A stretch of DNA of 64,000 nt from Gemmatimonadota bacterium (GCA_050732875.1 JBOHRQ010000006.1:5666-69665); one strand, 5' to 3'; positions 35,766-46,066 are shown, counted from the first letter of the stretch. Made by a program: numbers and translations. The notes: generated by a model from the letters alone, not told the origin.

Positions 35766-36617
35766 TCAGCAGCCTCCTGCCAGTCGCTCGCCGGGCTCGT
35801 CCAGGACCGCCGCCGACGGGACCTGCTCCGCGAGCCGCGCCACGATGTCCCAGCTCTCTCGCTCGAGATGGAAGGCCGCCGTGCAGTCGGCCCCGATCGC
35901 CTCGATGAGCGCCGCTCCCCCGGAACCACTCAGGACCCAGTACGGCACGAGGGCCACCTCCGGCCCCGGCCGGCCCTCGAGGAATTTCGCGAGGTCGGCC
36001 GGCGCCGGCTGGGCGTCCCCCAGATGGAGGACGGTCAGCCCGAGAAGCTCGATGCGGTAGCCGACGTGGCGGGTCTCGGCGTGGGCGAGGCCGAGCGCCT
36101 CCACCGCGAACCCGCCCATGTCGAGGCGGACATAGGACCCGGGCGGGAGATCCAGGGGCTGTAGGCGTTCGCCGTAGCGCTCGAGCCGATCGGGCGGGAA
36201 CGCCGCGATGGCGTCGCCGGGCGCGATCAGGACGGCTTCGGGGTTCGCCTCCAGGTGCCGCGTGACCGCCGCCGAATCGAAGTGGTCGTCGTGGCGATGG
36301 GTAACGAGGACCAGGTCGATGTACCCGAACCTGCCGAGTGCGCTTTCCAACGAGTCGCGGGTTGCCGACGGGACGACCGGGTACTCCGGCAGGCCGTCGC
36401 CGAAGAGCCCGTCGATCAGCACCGAAACGTCGCCGGCCGACACCAGCACACCCTCGTTGGCGAGGTACTCGACGGTCGGGTCATGCCATGGGGTGGCGAC
36501 ACCTGGCTCGGGATTCGGGGTCGCGGCCGAGGCCGGCCTCTGGGCCGTGACCGCTTCCGGGAGGATGATGGAAAGCGTAACGGCTACGAGAGGGGCTGTG
36601 ATCCGCGGGGACGGCAT
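35766..36617 (-). CDS. Secreted MBL-fold metallo-hydrolase
   Basis: LVLVTHRHDDHFD (HxHxDH); signal peptide; 5 nt upstream of the hydrolase gene. Confidence 0.8.
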   Translation of the reverse strand: MPSPRITAPLVAVTLSIILPEAVTAQRPASAATPNPEPGVATPWHDPTVEYLANEGVLVSAGDVSVLIDGLFGDGLPEYPVVPSATRDSLESALGRFGYIDLVLVTHRHDDHFDSAAVTRHLEANPEAVLIAPGDAIAAFPPDRLERYGERLQPLDLPPGSYVRLDMGGFAVEALGLAHAETRHVGYRIELLGLTVLHLGDAQPAPADLAKFLEGRPGPEVALVPYWVLSGSGGAALIEAIGADCTAAFHLERESWDIVARLAEQVPSAAVLDEPGERLAGGC

Positions 36618-36748
36618 CGATCCCTTCTCTCATCGGTCGAGAGCAGACGGAAAGCCGCCGGAACCTAATCCATCCCGAGGCGGACAACCTGGCGCATTCT
36701 CCCCTGCGGCGAGGGCGAGGGCGGCAACCTTCATGAACCCGGTATAAA

Positions 36749-36780
36749 GAACGGCCCGCAGGAGAATCCCCACAGGCCGT
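36749..36780. terminator. Hairpin terminator downstream of the OmpA-family gene
   Basis: AACGGCC-(18 nt loop)-GGCCGTT; on the minus strand it is followed by CTTTATAC. Confidence 0.35.
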
Positions 36781-36814
36781 TCACTGCTTTGCGGTTCGCC
36801 GATCGCCGTTCGGA

Positions 36815-38221
36815 CTACTGGACCACGGCGTACTCGATGCGCCGGTTCTGGTACCGGCCGCTCTCGGTGTCGTTGGACGCCACGGGGCGGGTGCCACCAT
36901 ACCCCCTGGCCACGAGATCGTCGGCGGCCACGCCGCGGTTGATCAGCGCATCCCGCACGGCATCCGCGCGGGTTTGCGACAGCCGCTCGTTCGCCGACGC
37001 GTCGCCCGTGGTGTCGGTATGACCGCCGACTTCGATGACGGCGTCGGCGGGCACGTTCGCCAGGGCCGCGGCGGCCGCGTCGAGCAGAGTCTCGCTCTCC
37101 GCTGGAATCTCGGCGCTGCCGCTGGCGAAGTTGATGACCGAAAGGTTCAGCGCCTCGATGAGCTCGTTCGCCGTGACGCCATCGCCGAGACCCCTGAGGG
37201 CCTGGACGGCGCGCTCGTTGGCCGAGGCGGCCAGTGTGCCGGCGGTCTCTCCGAAGGACCCCACGGTGACATCGGTCCCGAGCGTCGACTTCAGGTTCGC
37301 GGTCAACGCCTGGAGATCAGCCTCCGGCAGCGAGCCTCCGACGCTCAGAACGTCGCCGTCGAAGCGCAGCTCGGTTCCCGGCTTCAGCGACGCCAGCACG
37401 GCGCCCAGATTGTCGAGCCAGCCCGGCGACCCGACCGACGGGTCGACCTCGATGTCGGCCCGCGCCGAGTCTCCGAACCGCGCCTCGAGCGCGTCCAGCA
37501 AGCTGGTGCGCGTGGCCTCGTCCGGCAGGCTGCCGCTCACCTCGACGCCGGCGTCCGTATAGCTGATGCCGAGCGACGCGTCGCGGGTCGGGACCGACGG
37601 CACGGTCTCTTCCATCGCGCCCGCGGTTTCGTCGGCCGTCGCGATCCGGTCCGCCTCACCGCCCTCGGGCGATCGGCCGCTGATGAACCACCAGACGAGC
37701 CCTGCCGCCACCAGCAAGAGGAGCAACGGCAGAAAACGCCCCAGGCCGCTGCCGCTGCCCACGGTTTCCCGGGCCCGCGTCGAGCCGGCCGTCGCCGCGC
37801 CGGCGGCCGTTCCCGCCAGCCCGCCGGCCCAGCCGCGCACGCGGTCGCCCAGCTCGCTCATGTCCGGGATGATCCCGTCCGGCGTCAGCCGGTCCACGAT
37901 CTCGGGAAGCATGAGGCCCAGCGCCGAGCTCGCCTTGCTCCGCTCGATGCCGGCCTGCCGGGCCAGCCCGTCCACGGTGGAGCCGCCGAGGGCACGGTCC
38001 ACGTCCGCGGGCTTGAGCGGCTGGTTGGCGCCGCGACCCAGCCACGAGTCGACCACGTTCCCGAGCCCCATATCCTTCAGGCGGTCGAGCAGGCCCTGAA
38101 GCCCGCCCTTCTGGTCCCCGCTCAGGAGATCCATCACCCCGTCGAGCAGCCGGCGAGCCTGATCGGCGTCGATCCCGACCTGCTTCGAAACCATGTCCAG
38201 AAGCTTGTCGAACAATGCCAT
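36815..38221 (-). CDS. OmpA family protein with N-terminal YidB/DUF937-like domain
   Basis: MALFDKLLDMVSKQ...; TM segment; C-terminal OmpA domain NRRIEY. Confidence 0.8.
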   Translation of the reverse strand: MALFDKLLDMVSKQVGIDADQARRLLDGVMDLLSGDQKGGLQGLLDRLKDMGLGNVVDSWLGRGANQPLKPADVDRALGGSTVDGLARQAGIERSKASSALGLMLPEIVDRLTPDGIIPDMSELGDRVRGWAGGLAGTAAGAATAGSTRARETVGSGSGLGRFLPLLLLLVAAGLVWWFISGRSPEGGEADRIATADETAGAMEETVPSVPTRDASLGISYTDAGVEVSGSLPDEATRTSLLDALEARFGDSARADIEVDPSVGSPGWLDNLGAVLASLKPGTELRFDGDVLSVGGSLPEADLQALTANLKSTLGTDVTVGSFGETAGTLAASANERAVQALRGLGDGVTANELIEALNLSVINFASGSAEIPAESETLLDAAAAALANVPADAVIEVGGHTDTTGDASANERLSQTRADAVRDALINRGVAADDLVARGYGGTRPVASNDTESGRYQNRRIEYAVVQ

Positions 38222-38543
38222 GACACACCCCTTCCTGCCGGGTCGGCGGCTCGTGCCGGTCCAACCCGTCGGCAAGTGATCGTCCGATTTTCGATATCCA
38301 CGGGACCCACCCCCGTGTGTGACAACACTTTGACCCGAGTGATTGTCGTTTTTCTACCCCAGGTACGGTCTAGAGCGTGAGTGCAGCGCTTTCTTTTCTA
38401 CCCGTCGTCGGAGGGAGGGGTCCGCGCTTGGGTGGCGGAGGCTGGGGGCGGGTGGAGCCGACCGGGCCAGGTTCCGCCTACTTCTACCCGGGGGGTGGCA
38501 GCAGACACGCGGTCCGTGGAGACTATCGCACCTGGAGGACCTG

Positions 38544-39029
38544 ATGACCGAGCATCCCATCGATCCCGGCGTCACGATCGGCCATGTCCACCTGAAGGTG
38601 GCGGACCTGGAGCGCGCGCTCGGCTTTTACCAGGGTGTGCTCGGGTTCGAGCTGACGCAGCGGTACGGATCGCAGGCGGCCTTCGTCTCGGCCGGCGGCT
38701 ATCACCACCATATCGGGCTGAACACCTGGGAGAGCCGGGGCGGCTCGCCGCCCCCACCGGGCACGACCGGCCTCTATCACCTGGCGATCCGCTATCCGAC
38801 CCGGGCCGCGCTCGCGGATGCTTTGCGGCGACTGATCGAGGCCGGCATCGAGCTCGACGGCGCCAGCGACCACGGGGTCAGCGAGGCGCTGTACCTGCGC
38901 GACCCGGACGACAACGGTGTCGAGCTCTACTGGGACCGCCCGCGCGAGGCATGGCCGCGCAACGCCGACGGGGGGATCGAAATGGTCACGCGGCCGCTGG
39001 ACCTGGAGGGGTTGCTGGACCAGGCGTAG
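38544..39029 (+). CDS. VOC family protein (glyoxalase / extradiol dioxygenase-like)
   Basis: MTEHPIDPGVTIGHVHLKVADLERALGFYQGVLGFEL...HHHIGLN. Confidence 0.8.
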   Translation: MTEHPIDPGVTIGHVHLKVADLERALGFYQGVLGFELTQRYGSQAAFVSAGGYHHHIGLNTWESRGGSPPPPGTTGLYHLAIRYPTRAALADALRRLIEAGIELDGASDHGVSEALYLRDPDDNGVELYWDRPREAWPRNADGGIEMVTRPLDLEGLLDQA

Positions 39030-39058
39030 GGTCGAGCTTCCTTTCAGGTCTTATCGCT

Positions 39059-40321
39059 TCATCTCCAGAGCGACGACACGGGAACGGCGTGGATTCGGTC
39101 CCCGAAAGAGACCGCATCGCGGCCGGTATGCAGGACGAACCCGCCCACGAACCGCTCCCCCAACTCGTCGCGCAGCGTCCCGAGATGCCGGAAATCCCGG
39201 CTGGAGACGGCTGAGCTGGCCTTGACCTCGATTCCGACCACGCGCCCACCTCGGCCCTCGAGGAGAATGTCGATCTCCTCCTGGCGCGCGCTGCGGAAGT
39301 GATGGATCGCCGGCCGAACCTCGCTCCAACCGAGCTGCTTCCGGAGCTCGGCGACGACGAACGACTCGAGGATGCGTCCGACCGGCGCGCCGGGGAAGTC
39401 GATCCCCTCGATCTCCAGACCCAACAGATGGGCCAGCAGCCCCGTGTCGGACACGAAAAGCTTGGGGGACTTGAGCAGGCGTTTACCCAGGTTGCCCGAC
39501 CAGGCCGGCATCGTCTGGATCAGGAACGCCGCCTGGAGAAGCGCCAGATACCGTTTCAGGGTGGTCTGCGGAAGGCCGCTCGCACGCGACAGGTCGGAGA
39601 CATTCTGAATTCCCCCGACGCGCGTCGCAATCAAAGCCAGCAGACGCGGCAGCTGGGGCAGCCCCTCGACCTCGGCCATGTCCCGGACTTCTCGCTGCAG
39701 AACAGTCGTGATGTAGGAAGCGAACCAGGCCCTTCTGCGAGCCGCCGAACGACGGCGAACCGCTTCGGGAAACCCGCCCACCCATGCCCTCGACAGGATC
39801 TCGCCGCGATCGAGAGCTTCTCCAGCTGCCCGTGGGACTTCTCCCGCGAAGACGGAATCGAGGAATGTCTCCCGCCGACCCTCGATCTCCCCCTGCGATA
39901 GCGGCCACAGGGTGAGGATCTCGACTCGGCCGACGAGCGCCTGGGAGATCTCGGGCACGAACCGGACGTTCGCGGATCCCGTGAGCAGATACCGACCCGG
40001 CACCCGACGACGGTCGACTTCCGCTTTGAGAGCCAGGAAGAGCTCGGGGGCGCGATGTACTTCATCGATGACAACGGGCCCCTTGTATCGGGCGAGGAAG
40101 TCCTTGGGAGAGGCCCGGGCGGCACCCAGAACGAGCAGATCATCGAAGGTCACGTACTCGGCTGGGAAGTCCTCGGAGATCATTGACCGGGCCAGCGTGC
40201 TCTTGCCTGCCTGACGTGGCCCGTGGATCAGAACGACCGGGGTATCCGAGAGGGCCTCTCGAGCACCCGTAATGAGGTGGCGAAGGTACAATTCACCAGT
40301 TGGTGGTGGTATATTAGCCAT
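39059..40321 (-). CDS. AAA-type ATP-binding protein with DUF4143-like C-terminal domain
   Basis: Walker A HGPRQAGKST, Walker B VVIDEVH. Confidence 0.8.
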   Translation of the reverse strand: MANIPPPTGELYLRHLITGAREALSDTPVVLIHGPRQAGKSTLARSMISEDFPAEYVTFDDLLVLGAARASPKDFLARYKGPVVIDEVHRAPELFLALKAEVDRRRVPGRYLLTGSANVRFVPEISQALVGRVEILTLWPLSQGEIEGRRETFLDSVFAGEVPRAAGEALDRGEILSRAWVGGFPEAVRRRSAARRRAWFASYITTVLQREVRDMAEVEGLPQLPRLLALIATRVGGIQNVSDLSRASGLPQTTLKRYLALLQAAFLIQTMPAWSGNLGKRLLKSPKLFVSDTGLLAHLLGLEIEGIDFPGAPVGRILESFVVAELRKQLGWSEVRPAIHHFRSARQEEIDILLEGRGGRVVGIEVKASSAVSSRDFRHLGTLRDELGERFVGGFVLHTGRDAVSFGDRIHAVPVSSLWR

Positions 40322-40430
40322 AGAGTGGCTCATAAATAGCCATTCAGTGGCTGATAGTCAATCCCTTTATGTCAGCGGGGAAAGCACCCACGGAGCGGAG
40401 GAGACGGCTCGGACCCTGCACTCCGTGAGC

Positions 40431-40817
40431 CTAGAGCGATCGTCCGATCGCCCTCTCCAGGGCCTCGCCCCGGCCCCGGCTCAAGCGGAGCTTCGTGCCA
40501 TCCGTCAGCCGTACCACGTAATCGCCGTGGAAGAAGGGCTCGAGTTCTCGGATCCGATCGACGTTCACGATGTGGCTGCGATGGATGCGAACGAATCGCT
40601 CGGGGTCGAGTCGCGCTTCTAGCGCCTTCATCGTGTCGTCGAGCAGGTGAGTGCTGCGCCCGAGGTGGACCTTGACGTAATCCCCGGCCGCCTCCAAGCG
40701 ATCCACCTGGTCCACCTTCACGACGATGACCCGCTCGCGCTGCCGAACCGTCACGTGGGTGAGGAACCGCTTCCCCGAGCCCCCCTTTCCGCGCCGGTCC
40801 TCCATCAGCGACAGCAT
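40431..40817 (-). CDS. Standalone LytTR family DNA-binding domain protein
   Basis: ...FVRIHRSHIVNVDRIREL... (LytTR signature); no receiver domain. Confidence 0.65.
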   Translation of the reverse strand: MLSLMEDRRGKGGSGKRFLTHVTVRQRERVIVVKVDQVDRLEAAGDYVKVHLGRSTHLLDDTMKALEARLDPERFVRIHRSHIVNVDRIRELEPFFHGDYVVRLTDGTKLRLSRGRGEALERAIGRSL

Positions 40818-40925
40818 CCGGCGCGCGAAGTCGCTCTCGCGGCAAGGATCTCCAACGTTTTGAAATCTTCCCCCAGGGAGCCGCTCGCCGAAACTCCCGT
40901 CCGGGGGCGAACGGTGAATGTGCGG

Positions 40926-41141
40926 CTATGGCTTGGCGCCGTCGGGTATGAAAATGTCCTCGATCCCCTGCTCGAAGACACGGGCGATTCTGAACGCCAG
41001 GGGCAGGCTGGGATCGTACTTCCCGGTCTCGATCGCGTTGACGGTCTGCCGCGATACCAGCAGCTCCTTCGCCAGCCGCGCCTGGGTCCAGTCGCGCTCG
41101 GCGCGCAGCACCCTGAGCCGGTTCTTCAACGGTACCGCCAT
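40926..41141 (-). CDS. XRE family HTH transcriptional regulator (Cro/C1-type)
   Basis: LKNRLRVLRAERDWTQARLAKELLVSRQTVNAIETGKYDPSLPLAFRIARVF. Confidence 0.85.
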   Translation of the reverse strand: MAVPLKNRLRVLRAERDWTQARLAKELLVSRQTVNAIETGKYDPSLPLAFRIARVFEQGIEDIFIPDGAKP

Positions 41142-41569
41142 TGTCCCAGCACGACACCGATGGAGTAGAGGACTGGCATGACGACGAGGGAATCGCCCAT
41201 ATCGAGCCAATGTACGCCGAGTCTCTCGAACAGGCTGAGGCCCGCGATGGCGAAGAAGCCGCCCCCGAACCCCAGCGCCAAGGCCTTGAGCTGGATCATG
41301 CGCTGGAGCTCGTCGGCCTCACGGAGGAAGCGGGCGTACGCGATCAGCACGAGCACGGCGATCGCGGAGGGCAGGGCCGCCACCACCCAGGAGACCGGAC
41401 CGGCGGGAAGGAGATCCCTCTTGATCAGTTGCGCTCCTGCGACGAAGGAGACGGCCCAGATCAGCGAGACCCACAGAACCCTCAGCCTATTGCGAGAGTC
41501 GCGCGGCGTGGAATCTTTGCACGCCCATTCCCGGAAGGATCCTCGGGCTGTTTCATCCATGTCGGGCAT
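41126..41569 (-). CDS. Hypothetical membrane protein co-transcribed with the XRE regulator
   Basis: Four TM helices; overlaps the XRE gene start by 16 nt. Confidence 0.6.
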   Translation of the reverse strand: MPDMDETARGSFREWACKDSTPRDSRNRLRVLWVSLIWAVSFVAGAQLIKRDLLPAGPVSWVVAALPSAIAVLVLIAYARFLREADELQRMIQLKALALGFGGGFFAIAGLSLFERLGVHWLDMGDSLVVMPVLYSIGVVLGQWRYR

Positions 41570-41725
41570 CCTTTCGTCTGTGTAAAGGTTCCTTGACGTA
41601 GGAAGGATAGCACGGCGTCGGAAGATTGTCAAGTTTCCTTGTCACAGAGCGTCATTCCACGACCTGAATTCCCACATCACCCCAAGCTGAGTCGCGCCTG
41701 GACGTTTTAACGCTTTGATGCTAAA

Positions 41726-41962
41726 GTGCCGGGCATGCCCGCCAAGCGCGCCACCATCTATCTGGACGAGGACCTCCATCGCGCCCTGCGGATGAAGGCA
41801 GCCGCCACCGATCGGACGCTCTCGGAGATAGTGAGCGAAGCCGTGCGCCGCGATCTCGCCGAAGACGCCGAGGACCTGGCCGCGTTCGACGAGCGGGGGG
41901 ACGAGCCTTCGTACAGGTTCGAGGAGGTCATCCGGACGCTGCGGGAGCGTGGCAAGCTATAG
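41726..41962 (+). CDS. RHH-type antitoxin (RelB/ParD/CopG-like)
   Basis: KRATIYLDEDLHRALRMKAAATDRTLSEIVSEAVRRDL. Confidence 0.8.
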   Translation: MPGMPAKRATIYLDEDLHRALRMKAAATDRTLSEIVSEAVRRDLAEDAEDLAAFDERGDEPSYRFEEVIRTLRERGKL

Positions 41963-42212
41963 CGTCTTCCTGAAACGCTCGGCGGCGGGAGAGCTGGAGG
42001 TGATCGCGGACGTCGAAGACCGGCGACGGATCGTCGACCGGATTCGGAGCCTCTCCCGGGATCCACGGCCGATCGGGTCCGTGAAGCTGGCGGGACGGGA
42101 AGATCGGCTGCGGGTCCGGCAGGGTGAGTACCGGATCGTGTACAAGGTCGACGACCGGGACGCGACGGTCATGATCGTCAAGATCGGTCACCGGCGGGAC
42201 GTCCATCGATGA
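41949..42212 (+). CDS. RelE/ParE family toxin
   Basis: ...DPRPIGSVKLAGREDRLRVRQGEYRIVYKVDDRDATVMIVKIGHRRDVH; overlaps the antitoxin by 14 nt. Confidence 0.85.
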   Translation: MASYSVFLKRSAAGELEVIADVEDRRRIVDRIRSLSRDPRPIGSVKLAGREDRLRVRQGEYRIVYKVDDRDATVMIVKIGHRRDVHR

Positions 42213-42271
42213 CGAAAATCCAGGGGGCGGAACGCGCCGTCCGGGTCTTCAGCGAGCGGACACAGCTGCTC

Positions 42272-43351
42272 TCAACGCTCGAGGCGGGCGTCGATCCAGG
42301 GCAGGATCCGGGTCGCCATCCGCACCCGCATCCGGTTCCGATGGTCCCCCGCGTAGACCTCGTAGAGGTGCGGCACCTCGAGCGCGACCAGCGAATCGGA
42401 GAACGCCTTGGTCGCGGGCGGGATGTGGGCGAACTCGTCGCCGAACGCGGTGTCGAACGCTAGCCCCCGGAGCGACTTGAGGGCCTCCGCGCGCTCGGCC
42501 GCGTGAGCGAGCGGCAGCGCCGCCGCCATCCGCTCCGCCGCCGGAGTGAGGACGACCTCGCCGTCCACGACCGTCGCCGGCAGCTCGACGTAGAGGGGCG
42601 GCGCGGCGGGGGCCGGCGCGAACGCCGCGGCGACCCCGGCCACGATCAGCGGCCAGATGTCCCCTTCCTCCTCGAGCGCCGTCCACATCTCCGCCGCCGA
42701 GCGGTACTCCGTCATCCGCTGCCAGAGGTCCGGATCGGAAACGAGATCCAGGTCCAGGCAGCAGAGGCAGCACGGGTTCATCCCCCAGGCGACCGAGAAG
42801 ACCTCGGGGTACTGCATCGCGAGCCGGATCGCGCCCAGCCCGCCCATCGAGTGGCCCAGGATTGCGCGGCTCTCCCGGGCCGGGATCGTCCGGTAGGCGC
42901 GGTCCACGTACGCGACCACATCCCGGGCGATGAAGTCCGCCCAGCCGCCCGTGACCGGCGAGTTCACGTAGTAGCTTCCCCCGTAGGCGTTCCGCCCGTT
43001 CGGCATGACCACGATCGCGGGACCGATCTCTCCGGCCGCGATCAGGCTGTCCATCGTCGCCTGGATCGTCATCCCGTCGTACACCGGCTCGACCCATATC
43101 TCGGGCGAGTCCAGCACACCGTGCAGCAGGTAGGTCGTCGGGTACCGCTGGGCGGGCTCATCGTCGTAGCCCGGCGGCAGGTAGACGAACGCCGGCTGCC
43201 GGTCGGGGTCGCCGAGCAGGTTCCCGGCCAGCGAGGGCGCCGGGATCGTGTCGGAGACGATACGGCCGGCAGGCTGAGCGGTTAGGGGAGCGGCCAGCAG
43301 GACGAGGAAGATAGGCAGCGCGAGTCGGGATCCGAACGGCGTCGGTCGCAT
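42272..43351 (-). CDS. Secreted esterase (esterase D / putative-esterase family)
   Basis: Signal peptide; GHSMGGLGA (GxSxG). Confidence 0.8.
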   Translation of the reverse strand: MRPTPFGSRLALPIFLVLLAAPLTAQPAGRIVSDTIPAPSLAGNLLGDPDRQPAFVYLPPGYDDEPAQRYPTTYLLHGVLDSPEIWVEPVYDGMTIQATMDSLIAAGEIGPAIVVMPNGRNAYGGSYYVNSPVTGGWADFIARDVVAYVDRAYRTIPARESRAILGHSMGGLGAIRLAMQYPEVFSVAWGMNPCCLCCLDLDLVSDPDLWQRMTEYRSAAEMWTALEEEGDIWPLIVAGVAAAFAPAPAAPPLYVELPATVVDGEVVLTPAAERMAAALPLAHAAERAEALKSLRGLAFDTAFGDEFAHIPPATKAFSDSLVALEVPHLYEVYAGDHRNRMRVRMATRILPWIDARLER

Positions 43352-43462
43352 GGGGTTCCTTCAGCGGAAGGTGGGTTTCCCGGGTTTCCCCCTTCTACGC
43401 TCGAGACCCCGCCGGCGTTTCGTGGAAGAAGACGGCGCCGTCTCCCGGCCCCTCTCTCGCCC

Positions 43463-44986
43463 CTACTCCACCCGCACCATCGTGAACCGGTTGTACTCCA
43501 GGCTCTCGGCCGGGCCGCCGCCGTCGGGGAACGTGAAGCCGATCACCTCGCCGCCGCCGGTCAGCTCGACGCGGAGCTGGTCCTCCGCGGCGGCGTAGAC
43601 CTCGGCCACGCTCCGGGCAACGCCCATCGACACCTCCAGGTGCTCGTCGACCACGCGCCAGGTCATCCGGCCCAGGGCGGGGTGCTCGTAAGTACCGGCG
43701 TAGGCGTCGAGGGGATGCGGGAGCGGCACCTGCCGCGCTTCGCGCTCGGCCCGGTGGTCGGCCAGCTGCTGGAGGTTCTGGGCGACGCCCGCCTCGAGCT
43801 CCGCCAGCCGACTCTCGTACGTAGCCGCGACGTCGGGCTTGCCGCTGAGCCGGTCATAGATGTAGGTGGCCACGAGATCGGCCGCGGGGGACGCCGGCCC
43901 GCCGCCGTTGACGAGCACGATCACGCCGATCCCGTGCGACGGCATGAACGACATGTGGGAGCGGTAGCCGGTGAAGGAGCCGAAGCGGTGGACGATCGTG
44001 TCCCCCTCGAACGTCCCCAGGTCCCAGCCGTAGCCCCAGCCGAAGCGATGGAACGGGCCGAACTCGCGATCCTGGTCGGCGTGCTTCTCGTGCGCCGACA
44101 CCAGCACCCCGGGCGGAAAGGACCGCTCTCCCTCGACGACCCCGTCGCCGACGTGGGCGGCGACGAAGCGGCCCAGGTCCCTCGCCGACGCGAAGTGCCC
44201 GCCCGCGGCGTGCATGTTCTCGTCCTCCTTGGCGAGGCGGACCCGTTGCCAGCTGTGGCCGGGGTCGATCTCGTGGGGCATCGCGATCTCGTCGCTCTCG
44301 AAGTCGGAGACCCGCCCGCTCGTCTCCTCCATCCCTAGCGGATCCAGAACCTCGCGGCGGACGACATCCTTCCAGCCGTGCCCGTCGTCGGGGTCCAGGA
44401 CGAGGCCAAGGATGTTGTAGGGGAGATTTCCGTAGGAGAACGCGGGCCCCGTTTCGGAGGGACCGTAGCCGGCTAGCAGCTCGACCAGCTGCCCGGGCTC
44501 GAACTCGCCCGTGAAGGCGGTGCGGAAGACGACCGGCCCGCCGTCCTGGAGGCCTTCGGTCATCGTGAGCAGCGCCTCGATCGTGACCGAGTCGGCGTCG
44601 ACCGGCGCCTCGAAGCGGACCCCCGGGATGTAGCGGGTCACGGGCGCTTCGAGGTCCAGCTCCCCGCGCTCGGCCAGCAATAGGACGGCGGTCGCGGTCA
44701 GCGCTTTGGTGCTCGAGGCGATGTAGAAGGCCGTGTCCTCGTCGACCCCGCGGCCGGTCGCCTTGTCGGCGACGCCGAAGCCGTCCGCGTAGACGACCGA
44801 ATCGCCGCGCGTGACGGCGATCCCCATCCCCGGCGTCAGGCCCGCGTCGAGGAGGCGATGGGCAAAACCCTGCACGTCCGACCGCCAGTCGCCCGAGGGG
44901 TTCTGGGCGAAGGCGGGGGACGCCGCCAGGATCGCGAAGAAGGTCCCGATCGCCGGGATGATCGTGACGCGGGTCAGCCGATGCAT
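43463..44986 (-). CDS. Secreted serine hydrolase (beta-lactamase family)
   Basis: Start refined to MHRLTRVTIIPAIGTFFAILAASPAFAQ; SSTKALTA (SxxK). Confidence 0.8.
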   Translation of the reverse strand: MHRLTRVTIIPAIGTFFAILAASPAFAQNPSGDWRSDVQGFAHRLLDAGLTPGMGIAVTRGDSVVYADGFGVADKATGRGVDEDTAFYIASSTKALTATAVLLLAERGELDLEAPVTRYIPGVRFEAPVDADSVTIEALLTMTEGLQDGGPVVFRTAFTGEFEPGQLVELLAGYGPSETGPAFSYGNLPYNILGLVLDPDDGHGWKDVVRREVLDPLGMEETSGRVSDFESDEIAMPHEIDPGHSWQRVRLAKEDENMHAAGGHFASARDLGRFVAAHVGDGVVEGERSFPPGVLVSAHEKHADQDREFGPFHRFGWGYGWDLGTFEGDTIVHRFGSFTGYRSHMSFMPSHGIGVIVLVNGGGPASPAADLVATYIYDRLSGKPDVAATYESRLAELEAGVAQNLQQLADHRAEREARQVPLPHPLDAYAGTYEHPALGRMTWRVVDEHLEVSMGVARSVAEVYAAAEDQLRVELTGGGEVIGFTFPDGGGPAESLEYNRFTMVRVE

Positions 44987-45099
44987 CGATTCGCTCCTTC
45001 TGCGGTGATGGACTCCGGACTCGAGCATCAGGCTAGAGGGACCACGGGCGATCGCGCTTGAACGGATCAAACCGCGGCGTCGAGCCTGCTTCCCCGCTA

Positions 45100-45885
45100 C
45101 TAGGACCTGGCCAGCGCCTGCAGCTCGGTGGGGGTCAGGCCCGTCGCCGCCCGCATTTCCCGGCACATGTGGGGATGGTCGGAGAAACCGGTGGCGTGGG
45201 CGACACGGGTGAGGAGACAATTCGAACGCTCGATCGCCCGCGCCGCCCGCCGGACTCGCTGACGCCGGCGGTACTCGGTCATGCTGGTCCCGTAGTGCCG
45301 ACGAAAGGCGCGGGCGAGCGACACAGGATGCACGCCGGCCTCGCGTGCCAGGCCGCGTACGGATGGGCTCGCCGGCAGCGTGTCGTCCAGCGCCTCCTTG
45401 ACGCGCCTCAGCCAGTCGGGCGGATCGCGCCGTGCCGGAGCGTCGACGCTGGTGACCTCGCCCAGGAGATCGAGGATGTGATCCTCCAGCTCACCACCCT
45501 CGCTCTGGCCGGCGATCAGCCGGCGCTGCAGGGCGAGAAACGCAATGACTCCGGCACCCGCGTGGATCCAGCGCCAGGACCCGAGATCGTCGACCTCCCT
45601 GTCCAGCAGGACCTGCACGGTGCGGGCACCCCGCGGGCCGACCTCGTCGGCATGCACGACACCGGCCGGCTTCACGACCACGCTCAAGATCTGCGCGAGC
45701 TCCTCACGACCGCCGACCGTCTCACGGATCCCCCCTTCGAGCACGAGGGTGATCCCGGCGTAGTCGTGAGCGTGAGATTCCTGCCGAAGCCCCGGCGGAT
45801 ACGAGAGCTCACGCACCTTGAAGCCGTTACCCACGGCCTCTCGGCGAAGGGCAGGCTCGCTGTCACCGGTTCGCGCGCGGATCAT
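45100..45885 (-). CDS. AraC family transcriptional regulator
   Basis: C-terminal HTH GLAREAGVHPVSLARAFRRHYGTS...ATGFSDHPHMCREMRAATGLTPTE. Confidence 0.8.
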   Translation of the reverse strand: MIRARTGDSEPALRREAVGNGFKVRELSYPPGLRQESHAHDYAGITLVLEGGIRETVGGREELAQILSVVVKPAGVVHADEVGPRGARTVQVLLDREVDDLGSWRWIHAGAGVIAFLALQRRLIAGQSEGGELEDHILDLLGEVTSVDAPARRDPPDWLRRVKEALDDTLPASPSVRGLAREAGVHPVSLARAFRRHYGTSMTEYRRRQRVRRAARAIERSNCLLTRVAHATGFSDHPHMCREMRAATGLTPTELQALARS

Positions 45886-45908
45886 GAGCTTCCCAACGAA
45901 AGTCGCTC

Positions 45909-46040
45909 TCACGAAGTTTCCTGCTCCATCCTCGTCCCCTCGTACCACTCGATCGTTCGCATCAGTCCCTCGCGGAGCGGAGTAGCGGCCCGGAATCCTA
46001 GGACCCGCTGGGCGCGTGAGACGTCGAGACGGCGCCGGGG
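45909..46040 (-). pseudogene. C-terminal remnant of an NAD-dependent epimerase/dehydratase gene
   Basis: DVSRAQRVLGFRAATPLREGLMRTIEWY matches the conserved C-terminus of SDR epimerases; the N-terminal ~270 aa are absent. Confidence 0.35.
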
Positions 46041-46066
46041 CTGGCCGGGCCGCGTCGTCGACGGCG

